Below, piece by piece: positions 26,901-33,985 of a stretch of DNA of 33,985 nucleotides. The notes beneath the pieces are model-generated. The model saw nothing but the letters and a program-made list of their open reading frames with translations, made no database searches and was not told where the DNA came from. Position numbers and translations under genes: made by a program. The stretch is from Actinomycetota bacterium (GTDB taxonomy: Bacteria > Actinomycetota > UBA4738 > HRBIN12), in NCBI GenBank assembly GCA_005885325.1, contig VAYX01000016.1, positions 1 to 33,985 on the forward strand, in the 5' to 3' direction. Position 1 is the stretch's first letter; each line of letters begins with the position of its first letter.

Positions 26901-27364
26901 GGTGCGAGATCCGCGAGCCTCGACGCGGTGTTCACCGTGTCGCCGATCACGGTGAACCCCGCCGGCTCATCGGAAGGGGCGACCATGACTTCCCCTGAGT
27001 TCACGCCCGCGTGGACTTCGGGGAACGGGAGGCCTTCGCTCCTCGCGTTCAGTTCGCGGACGTGATCCCGTACGGCCAGCGCGGCCCGGACCGCCCGTTC
27101 GGCGTCGTCCTCGTGGACGATCGGGACCCCGAAGACGGCCATGAACCCGTCCCCCATGATCTGGGGCACCGTGCCGCCGAAGGTCTCGGCGATCCGCTGG
27201 AGCGCGTGCAGCTGGGGACGGAGGAAGCGATAGACCTCCTCGGCATCCATGGAGGCTGCGAGCGCCGTGTACCCGGCGAGGTCAGCGAAGAGGACCGAGA
27301 CGAGCTTGCGTTCGCCTCGCTCGGCGACGGGCGCCCTCGACCCAACGGTCCGCCTATCCGGCAT
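23906..27364 (-). CDS. Class III nucleotidyl cyclase fused to a STAND-type ATPase and TPR-like repeats
   Basis: Cyclase motifs VLFADLAGYT, IMGDGFMA and GDTVNTASRL. ATPase motifs Walker A GEPGLGKS, Walker B VLDDLQWAD, GNPLFLEE and FKHPLIREVAY. Helical repeat C-terminus. Confidence 0.9.
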   Translation of the reverse strand: MPDRRTVGSRAPVAERGERKLVSVLFADLAGYTALAASMDAEEVYRFLRPQLHALQRIAETFGGTVPQIMGDGFMAVFGVPIVHEDDAERAVRAALAVRDHVRELNARSEGLPFPEVHAGVNSGEVMVAPSDEPAGFTVIGDTVNTASRLADLAPGGRVLVDERTRARTSGAIRYGPRYTRQAKGKPDLATYEAVGVRSARPATRQGRTPTRAFVDRADVMHRLRDETLATEREARSRVLVVTGEPGLGKSRAAAEFRKRLRRGSVLAGRCVPFGPQHPLHAMAEAIGGAAGVSPGAPIKEIEAGATRLAERIAGVDRRTLVREMSLLLAGRVAPGQAPGSVHDALAAVRTVVEGLARMKQPVTVVLDDLQWADPDLVKALEDVSRQPWNCPVLFLGLSRPDKLIAKLPQLELGSLPDPAMLELAHSVLGEAAPRAVVQAPVGLAAGNPLFLEESLGMLVETGALVSGATGWRVAQPNLLQAVPPTIRSLIAARLDGLPPDEKQVLQDASVAGDATWDGLEEHLSEVPDPHRALLSLEGRDLLRRRATSAVPGSVEYGFKHPLIREVAYESLPRLERARRHRQIAEWLRGRAPSASEEPIAALAHHYERAWELGRSTTGRRPPIGTARLAVRYLGRSAAQTFAYQARSAEALYERALRIVQEDEEGIDPRTTATLLTGRAESLIEMGRHREAITHATQARAIGHELGDRRLAARALLALGRAESDAGRMRRARTLLEEARGEFAILGDVRGQAWALHHLSETWSRDDYSRELLELRKAHRLFTRSRDRWGRSVAAQDLAYLLTTQGGREFHRWLEEANRLAEDDRDLRSRAAVARTRGYFAYFCGEFGEAIRIMREARPLAAQSGDRYAEADTVLIGAMAAAAVGPPDEAERLSLEALELARELRSARVRATGLLAGARAALRSGSPSLAQSRLRAARLIIEQKRIRVMRCEALLFEAWLALDRGVWDKVSGLGVRLGTAVRASDWLILEPLVPLLRGRASLGAGRPDEARRHLARAASLARSLGSGGFLGLAVALERQSALLAGADVEGRPDVAIEEAEIAAVVLENEGLHALRAGDDEGAAKAFERAVETWSTMGRTAWLARSLSLHAAAEKRRGDRRMAGRLYRRAEAVLDELKTPARNRSSILSPIDH

Positions 27365-27929
27365 CCTCCCCGCCGCGGATCGCGTTGCCGGGCAGATAGG
27401 CGAACGACGAGTCCGTTCCCCCGATCCCCTCCACGGTCAGGAGGTCATGGGCGATCGCCGTCCACAGCTCCTCGAAGCTCGGCCTTCCCAAGTCCACGAG
27501 GACGTCGAACCCCCGGCCCGAGACGACGGCTGCGCCATACCAATATGTGTTCTCGTCGAACTTGTCCTTGAAGGCCTCGTCCAGGGCGTCCAGGAGGTCG
27601 AACGGACTTCCGGCGGCGCGAACCCGTACGAGTGCGCAGTACGGCGGGCTTGCCCGCTTGGGCCCCCTGATGCTCGAGACCTTGAGCTCGGTGGACGTCT
27701 CGGAATGAACGCCCGCGTCCCAGAGAGGTCCGGCGATGAACGTCTGGGCGTCCTCAAGGCTCCGGCTCTCCATGCGCGTGTACACGGCGAAGGAGCCGAT
27801 GAAGTGCGCCACGAACTTGACCTGATCGCGATTGGCCCCCACGGACTCGACGACCTGCCGGATGGACCTCCCTGCCTCGATCGTCTGGGAGAAGACATGA
27901 TGGACGATCGGACCCTCCGCTGATTGCAT
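27354..27929 (-). CDS. Protein with probable tandem Lrp/AsnC ligand-binding (RAM) domains and no helix-turn-helix (HTH)
   Basis: The C-terminal half ALVRVRA..AVVSGRGFDVLVDL..SFEELWTAI..LLTVEGIGGTDSS follows the AsnC C-domain pattern. The N-terminal half is a weaker copy (FIGSFAVYTRMESRSLEDA). SD GAGGGG; overlaps the cyclase start by 11 nt. Confidence 0.65.
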   Translation of the reverse strand: MQSAEGPIVHHVFSQTIEAGRSIRQVVESVGANRDQVKFVAHFIGSFAVYTRMESRSLEDAQTFIAGPLWDAGVHSETSTELKVSSIRGPKRASPPYCALVRVRAAGSPFDLLDALDEAFKDKFDENTYWYGAAVVSGRGFDVLVDLGRPSFEELWTAIAHDLLTVEGIGGTDSSFAYLPGNAIRGGEDAG

Positions 27930-28011
27930 GATTCCCCCTCAGGATTCGTTCCTCGACAACTCTGCTCTCCGGACGGCCCGACCGCAAGGCGACGGGAAGC
28001 CGGAGGCCGTC

Positions 28012-28020
28012 TGTTACCCT
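28012..28020 (+). promoter_or_regulatory. Extended -10 for rpmB
   Basis: TGT-TACCCT 10 nt upstream of ATG 28031, with no SD. Confidence 0.5.
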
Positions 28021-28030
28021 TGCTCGCGCC

Positions 28031-28222
28031 ATGGCAGCCGTGTGCGAGATCTGCGGGAAGAAGCCGTTCTTCGGCAAGCGGGTGTCCCACTCCCACCACC
28101 GGACCAACCGAAGGTTCGATCCGAACGTCCAGCGGGTCCGGGCCCTGGTGAATGGGTCGCCGCGGCGGATCTACGCCTGCACCAGTTGCCTGAAGGCCGG
28201 CAAGGTTCAGCGAGCCGGCTAG
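28031..28222 (+). CDS. rpmB: 50S ribosomal protein L28 (zinc-binding, 4-Cys form)
   Basis: CEICGKKPFFGKRVSHSH..TNRRFDPNVQ..CTSCLKAGKV. Confidence 0.96.
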   Translation: MAAVCEICGKKPFFGKRVSHSHHRTNRRFDPNVQRVRALVNGSPRRIYACTSCLKAGKVQRAG

Positions 28223-28245
28223 ATCCCGCCCCCCGCTGTGGCACG

Positions 28246-29058
28246 CTACGGCGGAAGGATCCCCCACGCCGGATCGACCGGTCCGATGCCCTGCCCGATG
28301 GCCAGCCCGTGGCGCATGGCCTCCGCGACGAAGACCTTCCCCTTTCGCACCGCGACGAGCAGGTCGTCCCCACAGGCGAGGTAGGCCGCGATGGCCGAGG
28401 ACAGGACGCACCCCGTCCCGTGGGTGTTCGGGGTATCGATGCGCTCCCCCTCCACCCAGAGCAGTCGGATCCCGTCGAAGAACAGGTCGTCCGAGCGCTC
28501 ACCGGAGAGATGGCCTCCCTTCACCAGGACGGCCGTGGGGCCGAACGACCGGATCGCTTCAGCCGCCTCCTTCATGGACGCCGCCGAGTCCACCCGGAAG
28601 CCCGCCAGGCCGCTCGCCTCCGGAAGGTTCGGCGTGACCAGGATGGCCAAGGGCAGGAGGCGCTCCCGAAGGGCCTCCACGGCATCGTCCGCGAGCAGCG
28701 GGTGACCGTGCTTGGACATGAACACCGGGTCGACCACCAGGTTCGGCACCCGGGTCTCGGCCACCGCGTCGGCAACCGCCTCCACGATGACCGCGGATGC
28801 AAGCATCCCGGTTTTCGCAGCGTCGACGCCGATATCGGTCACAACCGCCCGGATCTGGTCGGCCACCAATTGCGGCGACAGCTCCTCGTAGCCGCTGACG
28901 CCCTTGGTGTTCTGCACGGTGACCGCGGTGATGGCGGTCATCCCGTACACGCCGAGGGCGGCGAACGTCTTCAGGTCGGCCTGGATCCCCGCCCCGCCGC
29001 CGGAGTCCGACCCTGCGATCGTCAGGGCCCTGGGCCGTTCGCCGTCATGCCGTGGCAA
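28246..29058 (-). CDS. thiD: Hydroxymethylpyrimidine/phosphomethylpyrimidine kinase
   Basis: [41 protein letters not shown] and THGTGC. Start is probably TTG 29058, overlapping the thiL end. Confidence 0.95.
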   Translation of the reverse strand: MPRHDGERPRALTIAGSDSGGGAGIQADLKTFAALGVYGMTAITAVTVQNTKGVSGYEELSPQLVADQIRAVVTDIGVDAAKTGMLASAVIVEAVADAVAETRVPNLVVDPVFMSKHGHPLLADDAVEALRERLLPLAILVTPNLPEASGLAGFRVDSAASMKEAAEAIRSFGPTAVLVKGGHLSGERSDDLFFDGIRLLWVEGERIDTPNTHGTGCVLSSAIAAYLACGDDLLVAVRKGKVFVAEAMRHGLAIGQGIGPVDPAWGILPP

Positions 29059-30049
29059 AGTGATCCCACCCCGTGGGCTCGAGCGGTGACTGCCGGCCTT
29101 CGGCGTCCACCGCGACGAGCCCCTCATCGATGATGACGCCGACATCGCTGAGCGTCACCCCGAACCGCTCGCGCAGGTCGCCCCGCGCCCGCGCCAGGTT
29201 CGTGAGATCGATGGTGGCCAGCAGCTCGTAATCCTCGCCGCCCGTCAGCGCGAGCTCCGCGGGATCGACCTCCAGGAACCCTGCGGCGAGGCGGAGCGCC
29301 TCCGCCACCGGCACGCGAGGCAGGTCCACCCGGGCCCCCACACCGCTCGCCGAGCACAGGCGGGACAGATCCTTGGCCAGCCCGTCGGACAGGTCCATCA
29401 TGGCCGTCGCCCCTGCCTGGGCCAGCGTCTGTCCCTCGCCCACCCGGGCCACCGGCCGGGCCTGGGCATCCAGCAGCTCCCGGCCCCACGGCTCGGCCAG
29501 CGCCTGTGGCAGCTTCGAGGGGTGGATCCGCGAGAGCAGGAACCCCCCCGCCGCCGCACCGAGGGACCCCGTGACCACCACGATGTCGCCGGGCCGAGCC
29601 CCTGAGCGCGAGACGGCGTGCCCCGACCCGACCTCGCCAACGACCGCGACGGCGATGACGACGGCGTCGGCGCGGTTGGTGTCGCCGCCGACGAGCGCCA
29701 GCGCGTACTCGTCGCACGCGGCCCGCATCCCCCCGAAGAGCTCCATCACCCAAGCGGCGTCGACGTCGACCGGGATCCCGAGCGACACCATCGCGTACCG
29801 GGGACTGGCGGCCATGGCGGCGATGTCGGACACGTTCACCACGATCGACTTTGCTCCGAGATCCCTGGCCGAGATCGACGAGCGCTCGAAGTGCACGCCC
29901 TCGATCAGCATGTCAGTCGAAAGGACCATGGACCCGGTCCCGGACCCCACGACCGCTGCGTCGTCTCCGATCCCCACCTGGACCCCAGGGAACTCCCCGG
30001 AGAGCACCTTGCGGATGGCCTCGATCAGCTGGTCCTCGGTCAGCTCCAT
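29045..30049 (-). CDS. thiL: Thiamine-monophosphate kinase
   Basis: [34 protein letters not shown] and GGEDYELL. Confidence 0.96.
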   Translation of the reverse strand: MELTEDQLIEAIRKVLSGEFPGVQVGIGDDAAVVGSGTGSMVLSTDMLIEGVHFERSSISARDLGAKSIVVNVSDIAAMAASPRYAMVSLGIPVDVDAAWVMELFGGMRAACDEYALALVGGDTNRADAVVIAVAVVGEVGSGHAVSRSGARPGDIVVVTGSLGAAAGGFLLSRIHPSKLPQALAEPWGRELLDAQARPVARVGEGQTLAQAGATAMMDLSDGLAKDLSRLCSASGVGARVDLPRVPVAEALRLAAGFLEVDPAELALTGGEDYELLATIDLTNLARARGDLRERFGVTLSDVGVIIDEGLVAVDAEGRQSPLEPTGWDHFATA

Positions 30050-30118
30050 GGCATCGGTTCCGGCCCCACCCGGCGTCTGCTCCCCATCCGCGGTGGCCGA
30101 ACGGGCAAGCCCCTCGGG

Positions 30119-30127
30119 TAGAATCTA
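30119..30127. promoter_or_regulatory. Overlapping divergent -10 boxes for pckA and thiL
   Basis: TAGAATCTA contains TAGAAT on + (30119-30124) and TAGATT on - (30127-30122). Confidence 0.5.
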
Positions 30128-30190
30128 GCCTCTCATCAGGCACCGGCTCCGTCCTAGGCGCCGATCGTCGAGTGGTCGAAGGAGCACCTG

Positions 30191-31708
30191 TTGCTGGTCG
30201 AGGCGCGAACCGTGCACCAGAACCCCTCACCGGAGGAGCTGCGGAGCTTCACCGAGGAGATGCCGCAGTGCCGGATCACAGAGTTCGGCAACCTGAACGT
30301 GCAGACCCGCGTGACGTCCCGCTCCTCCGGCAGCACGTTCGTGGTCACCGACGATCCGGCGGCGGCAAGCGGCAAGACCATGACGCGGCAGGAGTACGAG
30401 CGGATCGCCTCGCTGCAGGACGCGTACCTGGCCAAGCAGGACGTCGTGGTGATCGACGGTTACATCGGCAACGACGAGGGATTCCGGACACCGGCCCGCC
30501 TCACGATCGAGAAGGCCAACGCGAACATCGCCGGCATGCAGCAGAAGCTGTACTTCCCCCGCGACGGCGGCGAGCCGAACGTCGAGGTCATCTACACGCC
30601 GAACCTCGCCGCACCGGGCTACCCGGACGACCGCGTCATCGCGGTCGACCTGGTGAACGGGGTGACCCGGATCCTGAACTCCGATTACTTCGGCGAGTCG
30701 AAGAAGGGCGGCCTTCGGATGTGGAACACGATCGTCTACGACCGCGGCGGCCTGGGGCTGCATGCCGGATGCAAGGTGATCCCCACGGACGCCGGCGAGA
30801 AGGTGTTCCTCATCATCGGGCTCTCGGGGACGGGCAAGACCACCACCACGTTCACCACCCAGAACGACTCGCTACCCGTCCAGGACGACTTCGTGGCGCT
30901 CATGCCCGGCGGGAAGGTGTACGGCACCGAGAACGGATGCTTCGCCAAGACCTTCAGCCTCGACCCCGACTTCGAACCGAACATCTTCAGGGCGGTCACC
31001 CAACCCACCGCCTACCTGGAGAACGTGTACCAGGACGAGCGGGGGACGGTGAACTTCTTCGAGACCTCGTACACGAAGAACGGCCGGGCCGTGTTCGGCA
31101 TGGACGATCTGGGCAACTACCGAGACGCGCGCACGGTGGGCACGGTCGATCGCCTGCTGATCCTGAACTGGAACGAGAACATCATCCCTGCGGTGGCCAA
31201 ACTGTCGCAGGAGCAGGCCGCGGCGTACTTCATGCTCGGCGAGACCACCGGCACCTCAGCCGGAGGCAAGGCCGAGGAGGGCAAGTTCCTCCGGGTGCCG
31301 GGGACCAACCCGTTCTTCCCCCTGCCGCACGGGCTCCAGGGCAACCGCATCCTGGAGCTGCTGGCGTCCCATCCCATCGAGGTGTTCCTGCTGAACACCG
31401 GCCGAGTGGGAGGCAGAGAGGACGACGAACGATCGAAGAAGGTGAAGATCCCGCACTCCTCGGCCGTGGTGAAGGCCATCGCCGAGGGGACCATCTCCTG
31501 GATCGAGGACCTCGACTTCGGCTACCTCATCGCCGAGGCAGTCCCCGGGATCGATGACCCCGAGCTGCTCCAGCCCCGTTGGCTGTACGAGCGACAGGGA
31601 CGACAGGCGGAGTACGCCGGCATGGTCTCGAGGTTCAAGGCCGAGCGGCGCGCCCACCTGATGGGTTTTCCCGAGCTCTCGAAAGAGATCGTCGCCGCCG
31701 CCGGCTGA
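30191..31708 (+). CDS. pckA: ATP-dependent phosphoenolpyruvate carboxykinase (divergent type)
   Basis: YFGESKKG, LHAG, GLSGTGKTT, ENGCFAKT, TKNGRA, NPFF and LLNTG. SD AAGGAG precedes TTG 30191. Confidence 0.88.
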   Translation: MLVEARTVHQNPSPEELRSFTEEMPQCRITEFGNLNVQTRVTSRSSGSTFVVTDDPAAASGKTMTRQEYERIASLQDAYLAKQDVVVIDGYIGNDEGFRTPARLTIEKANANIAGMQQKLYFPRDGGEPNVEVIYTPNLAAPGYPDDRVIAVDLVNGVTRILNSDYFGESKKGGLRMWNTIVYDRGGLGLHAGCKVIPTDAGEKVFLIIGLSGTGKTTTTFTTQNDSLPVQDDFVALMPGGKVYGTENGCFAKTFSLDPDFEPNIFRAVTQPTAYLENVYQDERGTVNFFETSYTKNGRAVFGMDDLGNYRDARTVGTVDRLLILNWNENIIPAVAKLSQEQAAAYFMLGETTGTSAGGKAEEGKFLRVPGTNPFFPLPHGLQGNRILELLASHPIEVFLLNTGRVGGREDDERSKKVKIPHSSAVVKAIAEGTISWIEDLDFGYLIAEAVPGIDDPELLQPRWLYERQGRQAEYAGMVSRFKAERRAHLMGFPELSKEIVAAAG

Positions 31709-31714
31709 GCCCGC

Positions 31715-32521
31715 TCACGCGACCACGTCGCGGCGCGAGAACGACACCAGGGCCACGGTCAGGAACACCGCCGTGTACGCGGCCGAGATGAGGACCCCCC
31801 CGCGCATGCCGCCCCACTCGACGGGGAACCGGAAGAGGTCCGTGAACGCCAGCCACCCGTGGGTGGGCAGGTACGGGTGGATGACCCGCAGGTTCGGGAT
31901 CTGGTCGACGATCTCGCTGGTGATGCCGAGGATCACCGTGGCCACGATCGCCCCCGGCCCCGAGTCCGTGAGCGTCGAGATGCACACGCCGATGGCGGCG
32001 ATCCCCGACACCCCGAGGAGGATGTACCCGGCCGCCGCGAGGATCCGCAGCGATGCCTGGGCCACCGAAAGTGTCGTTCCCGACAGCGTGGGCAGCGGCT
32101 TGAACCCGAACACCACGCCGCCCCAGAACGCGCCGCATCCCACGACCCACAGGAGGAGGAGGCCGAGGAGCGCCATGGCCGCTCCGTACTTGCCGAGGAC
32201 CAGTCGCGTCCGGGCCACCGGCCGGACCAGGAGGTAGCGCAGCGTTCCCGCTTGGGCCTCGCCGGCCACCGCGTCACCGGCCAGAAGTCCGGCGGCGAGC
32301 GGTAGGAAGAACGGCTGGATGACTGCCAGGCCGGTGAGCGGGGCGAACAACCCGTTGCGCAGGATCTGGAACAGGAAGGGCGGCGCGTCCCCGGAGTCCG
32401 CTGACGTCGGTGGTGACAGCTTCACGGCGATGACGATCAGCACCGGGATGCCACCGAGGGCCGCGGCCAGCAGATACGTCCGCCATCGGCGCCACGCTTT
32501 CATCAGCTCAACCCTGAACAC
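31715..32521 (-). CDS. ABC-2 type transporter permease
   Basis: About six hydrophobic segments and the motif AGEAQAGTLRYLLVRPVARTRLVLGK; ends FSRRDV. Confidence 0.9.
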   Translation of the reverse strand: MFRVELMKAWRRWRTYLLAAALGGIPVLIVIAVKLSPPTSADSGDAPPFLFQILRNGLFAPLTGLAVIQPFFLPLAAGLLAGDAVAGEAQAGTLRYLLVRPVARTRLVLGKYGAAMALLGLLLLWVVGCGAFWGGVVFGFKPLPTLSGTTLSVAQASLRILAAAGYILLGVSGIAAIGVCISTLTDSGPGAIVATVILGITSEIVDQIPNLRVIHPYLPTHGWLAFTDLFRFPVEWGGMRGGVLISAAYTAVFLTVALVSFSRRDVVA

Positions 32522-33437
32522 CGGAGCCCTCCACGAGCGACATGAAGACGTCTTCCAGCGTGTCCCGTTCCGACACCAGGGCGCTGACGGCCACCCCGCC
32601 CGAGACCAGGGCCGCGTTCACCTGAGCGGGGTTCGCTCCGTCGAGATGGACCCGGAGCACGCGCCCCTCACCTTCGATGCCGGCCACGCCGGCCAGGGCT
32701 CGAAGGATGGCCGCCGCGCGTTCGGGATCGCCGACCTCGATCCGCAGGTGCTCGGCGCCCCCCCGAAGGTTCCCCGGCGGACCTTCGGCCACCAGGCGGC
32801 CCCGCGAGAGGACGCCGACGCGGTCGCACATCACCTCGACCTCCGCGAGCAGGTGGCTCGACACGAACACGGTGGTGCCGCCGTCGGCCAGGCGCCGCAG
32901 GAGCAACCTGACCTCGCGCATCCCCGCCGGGTCGAGCCCGTTCGTCGGCTCGTCGAGCACGAGCACCTCGGGCCGGCCGAGGAGCGCGAGCGCGATCCCC
33001 AGGCGCTGCCGCATGCCCTGGCTGTACGCCTTCACCCGCTTGTCCCCCGCCGGCGACAGGCCGACCTGCTCCAGGACCTCATCGATGCGGGACAGGCGCC
33101 GCCGGGCCTCCTCGCCGTCCCCACCGGCCCGGGCGAAGGCCTCGAGGTTCCTTCGGCCCGACAGGAATCGGTAGAACGCGGGCTCCTCGATCAACGCACC
33201 GGTTCGGCGAAGCGCATGGTCTCGGCCCCGGCGGAACATGGGCTCCCCCAACAGTTCCACCTCGCCACCGGAGGGGAAGATCAGCCCCAGGGCCATCCGG
33301 ATCGTCGTGGTCTTCCCCGCGCCGTTCGGCCCCAGGAACCCGTAGAGCTCGCCGTGGTTCACGGTGAGATCCAAGCTGTCGACGACGTTCACCCCGTCGT
33401 AGCGTTTCGTCAGCCCGCGCGTGACCAACGCGGTCAC
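32508..33437 (-). CDS. ABC transporter ATP-binding protein (exporter type)
   Basis: GPNGAGKTT, YSQGMRQRL, VLDEPTNGLD and SSHLL. Confidence 0.95.
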   Translation of the reverse strand: MTALVTRGLTKRYDGVNVVDSLDLTVNHGELYGFLGPNGAGKTTTIRMALGLIFPSGGEVELLGEPMFRRGRDHALRRTGALIEEPAFYRFLSGRRNLEAFARAGGDGEEARRRLSRIDEVLEQVGLSPAGDKRVKAYSQGMRQRLGIALALLGRPEVLVLDEPTNGLDPAGMREVRLLLRRLADGGTTVFVSSHLLAEVEVMCDRVGVLSRGRLVAEGPPGNLRGGAEHLRIEVGDPERAAAILRALAGVAGIEGEGRVLRVHLDGANPAQVNAALVSGGVAVSALVSERDTLEDVFMSLVEGSGVQG

Positions 33438-33985
33438 GGGAGCTTCGGCTCCACCTCCGCGAGCGCTGCGGTCCGCACCAAGCCGACCACGAGCCAGGAA
33501 TGGTCGACTCGGTCCACCACGTCGGCCGAGCCGAGCGGACCCGCGTACGGGAACAGGCTGCGGATGTCGGCCGGCACGTCGGACACGCGGACCGCGAGGA
33601 TCATCTCGAATCCCCGGCCGAACACGCGCACGCCCTGGACCGGCAGCTGGCCCGGAGAGCCGGGAGCCCCCGGGCCCTCGTCGCTCACCTGCTTCACCAT
33701 TGCGTCCTGTGGGGCGTTGAACGTGAACATGGAGGCATCCACCGGTTCGAACGCGACCGACGCGTACCTCACGCTAACCACGGCCGTCGAGCTCCCTCGG
33801 GGGAACACCTGGAGTGAAAGGGGCATCCTCGTCTCGGCGTCGATCGCGACATCGATCCTCCCGAGCAAGGTGTCGGCGGTGGCCGGCGTGAGGCGAATCA
33901 CGTACGCGTCCCGGCCGGCGACCACCTCCGAGCCGGCGACGGAGGCCGCGACGTACGACCGATCGTCGCGTAGGAAATCCGAGAC
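33434..33985 (-). CDS. LolA-like/DUF2092-type extracytoplasmic protein, 5' end outside the window
   Basis: Frame is open to the window edge. VAGRDAYVIRLTP, IDAETRMPL and DASMFTFNAP match the LolA-fold pattern. Stop overlaps the ATPase start. Confidence 0.7.
   Translation of the reverse strand, partial: VSDFLRDDRSYVAASVAGSEVVAGRDAYVIRLTPATADTLLGRIDVAIDAETRMPLSLQVFPRGSSTAVVSVRYASVAFEPVDASMFTFNAPQDAMVKQVSDEGPGAPGSPGQLPVQGVRVFGRGFEMILAVRVSDVPADIRSLFPYAGPLGSADVVDRVDHSWLVVGLVRTAALAEVEPKLP

Noticed and set aside
30050-30190. TPP riboswitch upstream of thiL-thiD
   Set aside because: The minus strand has GGTGC...ACCC-like pieces but lacks the GCUGAGA and CUGAU..UAAU..GCG core arrangement.
9790-31557. 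Long alternative-frame or antisense ORFs (e.g. 9790-11826, 14332-16539, 17193-19193, 22648-24405, 25253-26998, 29851-31557)
   Set aside because: They overlap well-supported genes, lack recognisable motifs, and are expected shadow ORFs in high-GC DNA with few stop codons.
1-33985. CRISPR array, tRNA, rRNA or IS element
   Set aside because: Intergenic gaps are all under about 185 nt. I saw no spaced repeats, cloverleaf or T-loop motifs, or transposase by eye; a tRNAscan or Infernal run would confirm.

Overview
This high-GC window looks actinobacterial (inference from DUF2469, a SepIVA-like gene, a WhiG-like sigma factor and gene order). It is almost entirely one conserved core-genome block on the minus strand. 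Reading right to left: LolA-like gene (partial), ABC ATPase and permease, [pckA on +], thiL-thiD, [rpmB on +], tandem Lrp/AsnC-ligand-domain gene, class III cyclase-ATPase-TPR gene, [TlpA lipoprotein on +], recG-rsmD-coaD-sepIVA-like-DUF177-rpmF-rnc-mutM, [pncA on +, with an in-frame TAG], acyP-smc-ftsY-receiver-ffh-rpsP-khpA-rimM-trmD-rplS-lepB-rnhB-DUF2469-yraN-comM-dprA-xerC-whiG/fliA-M23 peptidase (partial). I saw no rRNA, tRNA, CRISPR array or transposase. The most notable observations are: (1) a two-gene module, a tandem RAM-domain protein plus a cyclase-STAND-TPR protein with an atypical substrate-specifying residue, between rpmB and recG; (2) a sigma28-type promoter combined with a perfect anti-Shine-Dalgarno element in front of the M23 gene; (3) an unannotated cupredoxin copper-site fragment right after trmD; (4) an Fpg/MutM lacking the catalytic N-terminal Pro; (5) an otherwise intact pncA with an amber codon; and (6) repeated leaderless-type -10 boxes. 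All calls come from reading motifs by eye; no database searches were run.
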